Below, piece after piece: positions 25,062 through 36,788 of a stretch of 64,000 bases of DNA. The translations under genes were made by a program, and so were the position numbers. Numbering within the stretch: position 1 is the stretch's first letter; the number at the start of each line of letters is the position of its first letter. Under the pieces are notes generated by a model that saw nothing but the letters and a program-made list of their open reading frames with translations, was not told where the DNA came from and did not search any database. The stretch comes from Takakia lepidozioides (taxonomy: Eukaryota > Plantae > Bryophyta), in contig CM060734.1 of NCBI GenBank assembly GCA_030704615.1, positions 29,264,001-29,328,000 on the forward strand. The letters run 5' to 3'.

Positions 25062-28000
25062 TCAACGCTTCTTCCGCTTTTGAGGTCGCCCTTCGAAAAC
25101 TGCAACCGCCTCAGATGCGTTTCCCATTTTTGAGGCACGCACCCAAGATGCCTCCACCTGATGATAGCCCTTCCATTTGACGAGATACTCCGTTTCTCGG
25201 TTCTTGAACCTCCTCGACTTAAGTACTGCCTCCACCTCGTACTCAGGTTCATTTTCATGATCCAACAGCACAGGTGGCGGACGCAACACTTGATGCCGAT
25301 TCGGGCGCGCTTCATCTTTGAAGTAAGGCTTCAAAAGGGAGACGTGAAATACTGGATGCACCTTGCTGTTTGCCGGCAGCTCCAATTCATACACATCCTC
25401 ATTCATAACCTTCCGGATGCGAAAGGGTCCCGCATACGGAGGTACGAACTTTGGACTCACTTCCGGAGGTAGTCGGAAATTCTTGATGTTCAACCAGACC
25501 TCCGTGCCTGCCTCAAACTTCACTTCCCTCCGCTTCCGATTCGCCTGCCTTTCATACCGTTTCCTAGCTTTGGCAATGTTGTACTTTGCGAGCTTCAACA
25601 AAAACGCTCGCGTTCTTCTAGTACCACCGCTACTGCCGGTTCCTCAACGTCTGGGCGGCCCAACTTGTCGGCACCAGAGGTGCTTTTCCATAGACCAATA
25701 CAAAAGGGGAAAACTCCCGTTGCGGAGCGTTCTGTGTTATTATAACAGAACTCTGCCGCGTCTAAGTGTTCCACCCAGTCTATTTGGTCTGCCGACACGT
25801 AATTCCGCAAGATCTGCTTCACTACGGAATTCACTCTTTCTGTTTGGCCGTCGGTTGTAGGTCGGAAGGCGGTGCTTATCTTCAGCCTCGTCCCCATCTT
25901 CTTCCAAAGTGCCCTCCAAAATTTACTTATAAACTTTGGATCGCGGTCCGAGACAATATCCTTTGGGACTCCATGATGCTTTAAGACGTGGGCGAAGTAA
26001 AGTCGCCTGTTTCCTGAGCCGTTGCCGTCTCCTTGGTGGGGATGAAATGCCCATTTTACTGAACCTATCCACCACCACCATGATTGCATCGAATCCTTTT
26101 GACAGCGGCATAGCAGTCATGAAATCCATCGAGACGCTTTCCCAAGTCCCCTCTGGAATCGGCAAGGGTTGTAACAGCCCCGCTTGCGGTGGTGCATGTC
26201 TTGACATACTCCTCTGCCTCCTCCCTCAGTTTGGGCCAGAAATACTCTTTCTTCAAGAGTGCCGCAGTACGCTTGGCTCCGCCGTGGCCCACAAACGGGC
26301 TATCATGGCATTCTCTCAAGAGGCTATCTCTGATCCCTCCCTTCGGCACGTAGAGACGCTTTTGCTTATACCGGAGCAGTCCATTTTGCAAGTGGAACTG
26401 CGATTTAACCCCCATCCTCAAGTGCATCACGGACTTCGCCAGCTCATCCTTCCGGCAAGCCTTCCGGATCTTCCTTTGGAGCGCCGTCTCACCCTTGTAC
26501 ACCAACAAGAGCTGCTGTTTTCTACTTAAAGCATCGGCTACCACGTTGTCTCGTCCCGGTTTGTACTGGATATCCACGTCGAACACTGCCAAAGTATCTT
26601 GCCACCTAAGTTGTTTTGGGGACAACTTGGGCCGCGTGGCAAAATACTTCACCGTGACATTGTCCGTGAACACCTTCACTGGGTTGGAACCAAAATAGTG
26701 GCGCCAAAGCTCAAATTAGTGCACCACCGCCTTCGTCTCTTTCTCGTGCGTCGGCCACCATCGCTCCACTTCATTCAGTTTCTTACTTTCGTAAGCCACT
26801 GGACGTCCATCTTGCATCAGTACACCCCAATCGCGAAGTCCGACGCATCTGTATGTATCTCGAACGGACGATCGAACTCCGGGATTTTCAAGACTGGAGC
26901 TTCCGCCATCCGCTGTTTCAATTCAGCAAAAGCTTGGCCACACAAGGTGTTCCATACCCAGACTTTGGATTTACACAGAAGGTCTGACAACGGCCCCGCG
27001 ATCTTGGCGAAATTTCTCACATACTTCCGGTAATAGGAGGCGAGTCCTAGGAAGGATCGCACTCCCGGGACCGAAGTCGGAGGCTCCCAGTCCAAGATCG
27101 CCCTCACCTTTCTGTCATCCATTTTGATCCCATCCTGTGTAATCACATGCCCCAGGAACTCCACTTTTGTGACCCCGAATTCACACTTTGAAACTTTGGC
27201 ATACAGCTTCCCTTCTCGCAATTTTTTTGGAACACCCTTTTCAGGTGCTCCAGGTGCTCCTCCTTTGTTTTCGAGTACACCAAGATGTCGTCAATGTACA
27301 CGATCACAAAGTCATCCAACCACTCCTGAAAAAGGCTGTTCATCAGCGTGCTAAATGTCACTGGTGCATTGGTGAGCCCAAAAGGCATCACCAAGAACTC
27401 ATATGAACCATACCTTGTCCTGCACGCGGTCTTCTCCTCATCTCCTTCCGCCACCCGAATTTGATGATAGCCGGAGCGCAAGTCGATCCGGCTGAAATAC
27501 TTCGCTCCTGCCAACCGGTCGAAAAGGTCGTCGATCCTTGGCAAAGGGTACCGGTTTTTAATAGTCACCTTATTCAAAGCCCTGTAATCGACACACATCC
27601 GCAGCGCCCCATCCTTCTTGTCTGCGAATAGCACCGGGGCTCCGTAAGGTGACTTACTCGGCCGGATGTACCCCTTTGACATTAGATCTTTGAGCTGAGT
27701 CTTCAGCTCGACCAACTCTCTGTGGCTCAACCGGTAGGGCGCCTTGGCAGGCGGTTCTGATCCCGGTATCACCTCAATCTTGTGGTCAACTCCTCTTTGC
27801 GGTGGCAAGCCGCTTGGTAAATCCTCCGGCATCACATCCTGGTATCTCTCCAAAATCCCCTTGATCCAATCTGGGCTCGGCTCCCCATCGCCTTCTCGCT
27901 TCACTTCTCTAATGTAAAGCAAAAACTGGGGCTCGTGTGCCTCCTCCACGGCCCACTCCCTTGCTGACAGAAGGTTTATTCGCCCTCCCACAGATTTGGG

Positions 28001-29590
28001 CGTTTCCGACACTCGTAAGACCTCGCCACCATTCCCACATGGCAACGTGACTACTCTCTTGCGGCCATCTATGACCGCTCCGGATTTGCTCAAAAAAGTC
28101 ATCCCCAAAATGAGATCCACCCATCGATCTCGCAGATGGTGAAGTTCTCACGTCCCTCCCAACTCCCCAGTTGAAGAGGAACATCAAGCGCTAACCTTGT
28201 CGCCAATTGCGGTTCTCCTTTGGCAGAACGCACCTCAATAGAGGCCCCCACGTCACTTGTTGGGAGTCCCAACTTTCGCGCCGCCGCCGGCGTCATGAAG
28301 GAGTGCGACGCTCCTCTGTCCACCAACAACAACACATTAGTTCCAGATATTATCCCATCCACGAACAATAACTGACTCCCTTTACGCAGGGCGCCAGTTT
28401 CCTGATACAACTCACAAGAATAGTTGCCTACCTTGCAAGTCCTGGCGACCACCGCTTCCACCAAGCGACTGATGGTATCTTCCGACAGCTCCGTGGTTGC
28501 CCGAGTCATGTTCAATTGTCGAGGTTTCGTGCACTTCTTGGCCATGTGCCCGGGCTCCCCGCAATTGAAACACATTCCATCAAAGGTCGCCTTCTGTCCG
28601 CCATAAGCCGCTCCACCCGCTTTTCCTTTCGAAGCACCGGGTGCCGGCTTGACGTGTGAAGGCCCTCCCTTTGATTTCCACGTGCCATTGTCGCCGCGTG
28701 GCCTATCCCACTTCTTTTCCGGTTGGAAGGAGTCACCTTCCCGCCGGGTCTTCTTGTGGTTCAGCTCCGTACGGCCTTGTCTCTCACCCCTGGGGACATC
28801 GAGAAACATTCAGCCCTCTCAATTGCCTCGTTCAAAGTCTTGGGTGGCTTCTCCTCCAACTTCCGCCTGGCCCATGGGGCCAGTCCCGCCACAAAGTTGA
28901 AGACCATTTCTGGTTCTGCCATGTCCGCGACTTCGAGCAACAGCACATTGAAAGCCTGGACATACCCCCGAATGTCATCTGTTTGCTTCAAATTCCTCAT
29001 CTTGTCCCGGGCAAGCCAGGACGCGTTGAGGGGCACAAACTGTCTCTTCATCAATTCCTTGAACCCACTCCAGTTCAAGGTTTCCGGGCTTGGACCTTGG
29101 TCGTGAAGGCGTTTCTGCCACCATTGTTGAGCATAGCCCCTCAAATAGGTGGGAGCCACTTCCACCCGATCCTCGTCACTCAACTTGGCCGCCCGGAAGT
29201 ACTGCTCTAGCTCCAGGAGCCAGGTGTTGAGTGCCTTCCGATTTCGGATGCCCTCGAAGGTGCCGGGTTCCTTAGGCTTCACCTTAAACTTTGCCTTAGT
29301 GGAAGTGGCATTAGCCGCCTTCAACACGTCTTCAACATCCCGCCAAACTGCGCCAACAACCCTTCCCAAAAGGCTGCCGGCATAGGAGGCATCTCTTGGT
29401 TTGTCGGAGCTCTCAAGGATTCCTCGGGCTCCGACTCCTCGGATTCCTCCCGCTCTTGAGCGGCCTCGTTTTGGAAACATGCATCGCTTCCTCAAACGGC
29501 CGCCTCGGTGACACGTCGCCCCCATCGGGCTCACCAGGATCATCATCTTTTGGGCCGTTCCGCTTTCGCTTCGGCTTGCCCGACCCATGA
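25062..29590 (-). CDS. Gag-Pol polyprotein (several single-base frameshifts as assembled)
   Basis: Gag with [14 protein letters not shown] knuckle, protease [21 protein letters not shown] and YIDDIL, RNase H TDASD, integrase SMDF and [11 protein letters not shown] module, chromodomain YEVEAVL…YLVKWKGY. Confidence 0.92.
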
Positions 29591-29629
29591 TGAGGCCAAT
29601 CCCAAGGACGATCGCGTACTGAACTCTAA

Positions 29630-29641
29630 GCTCTGATACCA
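29630..29641 (-). other. Primer-binding site, tRNA-iMet
   Basis: TGGTATCAGAGC on the minus strand, 2 bp inside the 5' LTR. Confidence 0.95.
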
Positions 29642-29643
29642 AG

Positions 29644-30371
29644 TGTCGCGCACCTCACTTCGGTAATCTCCCCTCAAGTCATAGTTACTCGCTTTGATGC
29701 GCGCGCCTGACTCCCAACCTGGCCGCCGGGCCAACTTGGAGCTTCGGCTGCTCACCGGGGCATAACGGTCCCCCTTTGTTCTCCCAAAGAACCCTCCACC
29801 GATTTGGAACCAGCGGGAATTCCCTTTGGTAGTTGGCAGTCCGGAACAGCTCCCCACTCTTTGGTCGCTTTCCGGCTCGCTCGCTTACTCACTAGTTTTT
29901 GGTCACCAACGGGCTTGCACCGTTCTCGGGGTTACTACTCCCTATATATACTTCTGTAGCTGTCCGCGGGGGTTTCACAACCAGCCATGCCATTTTATGG
30001 CGAACCACCACGAAAACCCTCGACTCCCGGTGATGAGTCGCGGTGAGTCTTGGCCCACTCACCACGGCCCTTATGGACTGTGATGAGTCCCAAGACTCCC
30101 CACGACTCCCACCACGAGGTCTCCGCCCCCATGGTGAGTCCTATGCCACCCCCCACTAAGTCCCGCTAAGCTACCACCACCCCTTGTGGAGCCACCCCCA
30201 CCGCAACCCGGTGTGCGGGGCTCCACCTAGTGAGCGCCTCCGCCTCCTTGAGTGCCTTGGGCACTCAAGGGTGCTTCAGCCCCCTCATACCTATCGCTGA
30301 TGCTGCCCCCACCACAGGAGCAGTCCCTCATGTGTCCCGACCCCCTGCCCTCAAGGCAAAGGGCCGCGACA
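29644..30371 (-). repeat. 5' LTR of the gypsy element
   Basis: Direct repeat of 23435-24158. Confidence 0.95.
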
Positions 30372-31700
30372 CGGCCTCTCCCCCCGAGACAACCTCATCC
30401 GAACGGCCTCGGATGGAAATTCGGCGCCGTTTTTCCATCCGAGGGATGTTCTCTGTTGGGCAGGTGTCGTCCTTTCCCCACGAGACGACTTCATCCGAAC
30501 GGCCTCGGATGGAAATTTGGCGCCGTTTTTCCATCCGATGGCTATTCTTTGTCGGCCAGGTGTCGGCCTCTCCCCCCGAGACGACTTCATCCGACGGGCC
30601 TCGAATGGAAATTCGGCGCCGTTTTTCCATCCGGGGGATGTTCTCTGTCGGCCAGGTGTCGGCCTCTCCCCCCGAGACAACTTCATCCGTCGGGCCTCGT
30701 ATGGAAACTCGACGCCGTTTTTCCATCCGGGGGATGTTCTCTGTCGGCCAGGTGTCGGCCTCTCCCTCCGAGACAACTTCATCCGAACGGCCTCGGATGG
30801 AAATTCAGCGCCGTTTTTCCTTCCGATGGATATTCTCTGTCGGCCAGGTGTCGGCCTCTCCCCTTGAGACGACTTCATCCGACGGGCCTCGTATGGAAAT
30901 TCGGCGCCGTTTTTCCATCCGGGGGATATTCTCTATCGGCCAGGTGTCGGCCTCTCCCCCCGAGACAACTTCATCCGAACGGCCTCTGATGGAAATTCGG
31001 CGCCGTTTTTCCATCCGAGGGATGTTCTCTGTCGGCCAGGTGTCGGCCAGGTGTCGGCCTCTCCCCCTGAGACAACTTCATCCAACAGGCCTCGTATGGA
31101 AATTTGGCGCCGTTTTGCCATCCGGGGGATATTCTCTGTAGGCCAGGTGTCGGCCTCTCCCCCCGAGACAACTTCATCCGAACGGCCTCATTGGAGATTC
31201 GGCGCCGTTTTTTTCCATCCGAGGGATGTTCTGTTTCGGCCTCTCATCCGACGGGCCTCGTATTGAAATTCGGCGCCATTTTTCCATCCGTGGGATGTTC
31301 TCTGTCGGCCAGGTGTCAGCCTCTCCGCCCGAGACAACTTCATCCGAACGGCCTCTGATGGAAATTCGGCGCCGTTTTTCCATCCGAGGGATGTTCTCTG
31401 TCGGCCAGGTGTCGGCCTCTCCCCCTGAGACGACTTCATCCGACGGGCCTCGTATGGAAATTCGGCGCCGTTTTGCCATCCGGGGGATATTCTCTGTAGG
31501 CCAAGTGTCGGCCTCTCCCCCCGAGACAACTTCATCCGAACGGCCTCATTGGAGATTCGGCGCTGTTTTTCCATCCGAGGGATGTTCTCTGTTGGCCAGG
31601 TGTCGGCCTCTCCCCCCGAGACGACTTCATCCGACGGGCCTCGTATGGAAATTCGGCATCATTTTTCCATCCGTGGGATGTTCTCTGTCGGCCAGGTGTC
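30372..31700 (+). repeat. 96-bp tandem array, right part (~14 units)
   Basis: Same unit as 22810-23434; resumes exactly after the CGGCC TSD. Confidence 0.95.
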
Positions 31701-31940
31701 GTCACCCTCCGATTTGATGCCATGTCGAATTAAATTGTGCCCCTCATTCCTGGGTACGGCTATATTAAATGTTGCTCTTTTTCTTTGCCACTTGCCCGAC
31801 CTTCGCTCGTGACCCACGCGTTTCAAACCGAGACAACAACAACACTTGCTCGCTCCGAGCTCCTCTCACTTCAGCTTCCCCACACTCCCCCTTCCCTGCG
31901 CACCCTCTCTGCTTCCTGGTAGCCCTTTCAATAGTCGGCG

Positions 31941-32507
31941 ATGGCGTGCCGGGATCCCAGCAACTGCCCAAACAAGCATCTCACCCCGTGGGACTTCTCG
32001 CCCAAGTCAGGGGATATTTTCATATACCTGCAGGATTGGATAGACCACTCTCAGCAGAGGAGGGTGCACCTGTCCGCTCTTGAGTACCTTCCTGGTCTCC
32101 ACGATCAGCCTCGTCGGGACGGGCCTGCGTGGCTTTGGTGCCTGCAAATCGTTGATCTGCAGTTTCCGCCAGCATGGAACATCCCCAAAAGCCGCACGAC
32201 CTTCCTACATCATTGGAGGTGCTGCCAGTGGGCCTACGAGGATTGCATCGGGTGTACGTACATGCCAGAGAGGATTCCATCGCAAACAGTTTATGGGGAC
32301 ATTCTCATAAGCTACGAGGATGAGTCCTATGGACATAGAGTCTCCACAACAAATTTTTTGATTTACGATGGTGCATATATCGGAGGAGATGAGACCGTTG
32401 TCCACTACACCAAAGGTGAACGGGCTGCATCCATTGTCTTCACCTACCGACACCCTGTCAGTCATGAACTTGTTGAGAGGCCAATTGAGGTTCCAGCTTC
32501 TTGGTGA
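31941..32507 (+). CDS. Hypothetical ORF upstream of the transposase (5' exon or separate cargo)
   Basis: 188-aa ATG-initiated ORF downstream of a TATATTAAA box near 31761. Weak LRAT/NlpC-like segment YDGAYIGGDETVVHY. Confidence 0.35.
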   Translation: MACRDPSNCPNKHLTPWDFSPKSGDIFIYLQDWIDHSQQRRVHLSALEYLPGLHDQPRRDGPAWLWCLQIVDLQFPPAWNIPKSRTTFLHHWRCCQWAYEDCIGCTYMPERIPSQTVYGDILISYEDESYGHRVSTTNFLIYDGAYIGGDETVVHYTKGERAASIVFTYRHPVSHELVERPIEVPASW

Positions 32508-32678
32508 GAACAGTGCAACACGGGAGCAAATTTCCATCTTACCGGAGCATGGATTGCATGCATCCTTTTGGCTTCCCTCGGTTTGTGAGGGCATGCATAC
32601 TTGTCACAGTTCATTATTAATAAAAATGCCTCCTTTGAACCAAAGTTCCACTTTTTGTGCAATGTTGCATTTTGTTGA

Positions 32679-34900
32679 ATGTTGACTTTTTGGCAGCGAG
32701 GGTCTCGCACTCAATCTTGCAATCAGACCCACTGGAATGCCACCTCTGTCAGTTCCCTCTGTCCGTGGGGAAGGTGCTTGCACGCTCGCCCCCCCACGCT
32801 TCTTGTCAGACGCCACAATTATTGGTTTGTGCAGCGCATCTGCACTGGTCATATACCTTCTGACTGCATACCGTTGGCAGTTATTGCGCAAAGGCCAGGG
32901 GCCGCATTCCTGGACTACAACAAGTTCGCAATTAAATCCGTTACATGCCTTCCCGCAGACGTCGACGGTAATATCTTCTTTGAGTTCCCTCCTCGAACGG
33001 ACTATTCGAGGGCGTCCGGAATGTTGATAGATATGGATAGGAAACATGACGGTCATCCTTGGTGCGTCACCAAAACCACCAGCATGAAGATGCTCAATGG
33101 TGTGCAGGTGCGCTACGTTGTTTGTGCGGGCGCGTTGCGGTGTTTCTCCCCAACTTGCTTCTACTTTAAATCCAGAGGTCACAGGAACGAGACGGATTGG
33201 ACAGACACAACTCATCAACCATTTCGAGCTCAGGAGAAGGTTCCAAACTCCACATTTAAGTGTGCACATTGCGAAGAACCACCACATTGCATGTCTGTTT
33301 ATAATGCCAAGCAGTTCTATGTGTTGCACCATTTCCCTGACCTCACACGAGCTTGCATACACGTTGGTTCCCATTGTCACATATTGAGGGGTAACTCGCG
33401 GGAGGCTGCCCACGAGGCAGAGCAGCTCGTTCATGAGGAGGTTAAGTTGACCTGGTGCCAAACCCAAACAGATACAGCTGCAGGCCGCCCATAAGATGGC
33501 ATTGGCCAGAATTATGTCGGAAGACGGCTCCGACAGAGTTCCTCTCGATGAGAAGGAAATGGAGGCATTGCTGGAGTCAGTGTTCCATGTTTGTTCACTG
33601 AATGTCCGAAACCACATTGTCTCCTGCAAACAGAGAATTGGGCGTGGCTTGGATATGCACTCCATTCTGGAGGTGAAGCGACGATGTGGATATGACTACA
33701 TTCATGGAAGTAGATTTCTAGGACAAGGGACTGAGGCAGATCGCTGTTTCGTATTCAAAATGTCAACGTGTGGGCCTAGCAACGGCGTCGAACTGGTCCA
33801 CCGGATGACGAGTGGGGACTTGTCAAACAGTTGGGTCATGTTCGACCATATCAAGCGAATTACAAATCACCAATGGATGACAATGGGTGCACATGTCTAC
33901 GACACCCACTGCAGGATGCTAATGACAATTGTTATTTGTGAGATGAAATGAGAGGACACACAATCGGAGATGCTTCTTTGGCAGGGAATAAATGAACAGA
34001 TGGCCAGGGCAGGATTTCCCCCTCCCAATTTCCGTGGTTTCATGGCGGACAATGCACAAGCAAATTGGGCTGTCATCGGAAGGGTGTACGGGGAAGACCC
34101 CAATGTTCCGATGAAAAGCAAGAAGAGATCTTGTGGGTTCCATTTTCTGCAGAGCTTGTCGCAGTACACAACCAGGCTCGTGGCGCCAGATTTCAGAGAG
34201 GAACACCGTTCCACGTGTCTTGTGTGGAAGCGTGCTCCCACCTTGGATGATGCAGAGATACAGTTTGCATGTATATGGGCTTGGTGGACAACGTCAGGTG
34301 CTGTAAAGAAATCAGACGAGGGAGCAATGGTCAGTTGGCTAGCATGGTGGCATTATTGTTTCCTCCAGCTCGGCGACTATATGCGGGAGGTGAGTTGGAC
34401 GAATTTGCGTCCCGTTGAATATTATGCTAGCTACTCATTATTTGTAATTTGCTTGTAACCTGAACATGTGCATGTGCAGGAAATGTGTCTCGATTCCGAC
34501 ACCGACATGCCGACAACAAACATGGCTGGATCAGTACATTCTTCCTGGCGTGCCTCCTCTGCGGCGCATCTGGTGGACATCCTCACTGCCACAACAGAGG
34601 ACATTGTGAGGTCAATTATGCAGCAATGCAAGTACAACGAGTTATTGAAAGGGAAACAGTGGGGCTTGGGGCCGGACAGGCAGGAAATGCTGATGCGGAC
34701 TGCCTCCAGATCGAAGAATCCTCGTAAGTGGGCGGCAGCCTTGCGAGAGGGCCTTCGGGACACGCCATTGCTTCGAAGTGGCCAACACTTGGAATGAGAT
34801 GTTCACACCCGTCCAGTGAGACGAAGACTTGACGAGGCACCTGGCGGAGAAAAGGATTCATGGCGAGCTGACAAGAATATTCGCACGCTCCCTCGTGGTC
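32679..34900 (+). pseudogene. MULE-type DDE transposase with WRKY/GCM-like Zn domain; 3' SWIM part missing
   Basis: DGHPW…VRYVVCAGALRC…C, WVMFDHIKR, GFMADNAQANW, RSCGFHFLQSL. Intron ~34390-34479. Premature TGA and a frameshift. Co-linear with 43565-47500. Confidence 0.8.
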
Positions 34901-35359
34901 CCGTGATGTTGCCCGAGGAGGTCTCGTCGAGCACCGCAAGTCCGATGTCTGAAAAATGGTGCCGAATCTCCAGTTACAGGGCCCAAGAACTGCCCAACAT
35001 ATGTGCAATCCCCGGCACCAAGTACCGAAATTCGGCGCCACATTTCCAAATTTTGGGCTTACACACCTGCCATGTTGGGACCTATAGCCGCGAAATTCGG
35101 CACCATTTTTCGCCGGAGACACCTATTACCGCGAAATACGTCGCAGATTTCTCCGGTTGCGGAACCTATTACCGTGAAATTCGGCGCCATTTTTGCAGAT
35201 GTCGCTCGGAATTTGCATGAGTGGAAGACAAAATATCATGAGCACGGCTCTCAAAACTACAATTTTTACTTCAAACAATGAATATTATATTGGTTTTTTT
35301 TTCTGACACATTCCATTAAAAATAATGTTTTTAATGTTTTTTCTTCCAAAATTTGTACT

Positions 35360-35437
35360 TCTGCTCATGAAAACCGATTGTCTTGCTACTCCGCTCATGC
35401 CGCTCATGCCGCTCATGCTCATGAAATAGCTAACCTC
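35360..35437 (+). repeat. Right TIR of element 1 with CCGCTCATG repeats; TSD at 35438-35446
   Basis: Matches 5502-5560. An uninterrupted paralogous target site is present at 35761-35794. Confidence 0.85.
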
Positions 35438-36788
35438 CGCAGCAAAACGGACGGTTTAGATGGCATCGACGTGGTGAGCATGCAGGGATCGCACATTCGG
35501 GTACGTCAGAGTACGGGAGGCCCCTCGTGCCTGTATTTATTGCTTGTACGCTAGGGCAATCAATGTACCCGAGCTCTTCGCGGCGACAATGCCGCGGTGG
35601 CGGCGTTATTAAACGCGGCGCCGGCGCTAGGTATAGTGGATGCAGGTTGAATTATGGCTGCGAGGGGAGATCTCCCACTCCACGCGGCGCGGTGCGGCGC
35701 TGCGATGTCATGGACATGGGAGCGTCGAGACCATCCACCGAATCCGACGGATCGGATGTGGTTGCGCAGCAAAATGGACTGTTGAGATGGCATCTATGTC
35801 ATAATGCATGTATGGTACATGTATACCATAGACGGTCTCCATCCACGTGGCGGCCATGTAGAGGCTGTACTCACGTGCCTGTCTCTGTCGCCGGTACGGT
35901 AGGGCTGGCACTCAGCCTGCCTCGGAAATGATTCCCGTGCTGTCTCATGCTCATGCATCATCTATGGGTGATTTTGTCCGCATGCAAATGCGAGACTATA
36001 TAAAGGGCTCATTCTCCCTCTCATTTCATCCTGTCTCGGTGAAGCCCTGCCAAAATGGGGAGTGCAGATTTTTTGGATGGGTGGGAAAATACAGAGAATG
36101 GTCTATCTGCTCTATGTGCAAGTCCTCTCAATCTCTCTCTCTCTCTTTTCAGTAGTTTTTACAAACTCACCTCAGACATCCTCCGCTTCATGTCTTCATG
36201 GAGTCAAGAGGGATTGTCAAGTTTTGGAATTGAACCTTGTTGTTGTGTCATTGTATTCTGCAGATGTGATTCTCCCTGGGCCCATACCTGGTGTTTTGTT
36301 TCGATTCAGTTTTAGGGTTGAAGAGAAGAGAACGGGAGATCTCCCGTCAACCTTAGCATTCTCCTCCCTTTTAGTTTGTATTTGTATTCTACATTCTATT
36401 TAATCTTCCTGGGCCCAATCGTCAGTGCATGCTAGTGTTATCACTGAGGTGCAGAGAACGGGAGATCTCCCATCATACTGAACAGACTACGTCATTTATG
36501 TTTGCATTTGTTTTCTGCATCTGTTTTTCTTTGTGGGCTCCTTCCTGGTGTTCAAGGCAACGTGGGCTTAGGGTCTTTGCAAAGGGAACGGGAGGTCTCC
36601 CGTCAACTTGTGGAGAGACAAGTCTTACAATTCATGTCTTGGGAAATCAGGATGTCAGGATCAGGTTAGATTTTTAGGTGCCGTCCATCGCACGGGAGGT
36701 CTCTATTCATGCGGCAGATTGTCCTACCGTAGTTGAAATGAATTTGTTTGGATAGTCATAGCAGTATAACATAGGAGATCTCCCGTGG

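Larger units (their letters stand above)
23435..30371 (-). mobile_element. Full-length Ty3/gypsy chromovirus LTR retrotransposon
   Basis: Near-identical TG…CA LTRs at 23435-24158 and 29644-30371, 5-bp TSD CGGCC (23430-23434 and 30372-30376), iMet PBS, and gag-PR-RT-RH-IN-chromodomain order. Confidence 0.97.
20189..35437 (+). mobile_element. MULE-type DNA transposon carrying a DNA methyltransferase-like gene (element 1, main part; interrupted by a gypsy element)
   Basis: Divergent MTase (minus) and transposase (plus), palindrome-rich spacer, right TIR ending 35437 and TSD CGCAGCAAA at 35438-35446. Confidence 0.8.

Noticed and set aside
22810-31700. CRISPR array (regularly spaced palindromic repeats)
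   Set aside because: The intervening sequences are near-identical rather than unique spacers, there are no cas genes, and the context is eukaryotic. It is a tandem repeat.
30230-31812. Long ORFs in several frames with 32-aa repeats (also 22731-23476)
   Set aside because: By-product of a stop-poor 96-bp (3n) GC-rich unit that is open on both strands.
32604-33665. 353-aa minus-strand ORF and similar antisense ORFs over transposase, gypsy and LINE genes
   Set aside because: Shadow ORFs opposite motif-bearing frames, with no independent support.
5561-35775. 5561-6085 and 35505-35775 as giant TIRs of a 30-kb element
   Set aside because: Better explained as tandem paralogous units flipped by the inversion, given the TSD and empty-site evidence.
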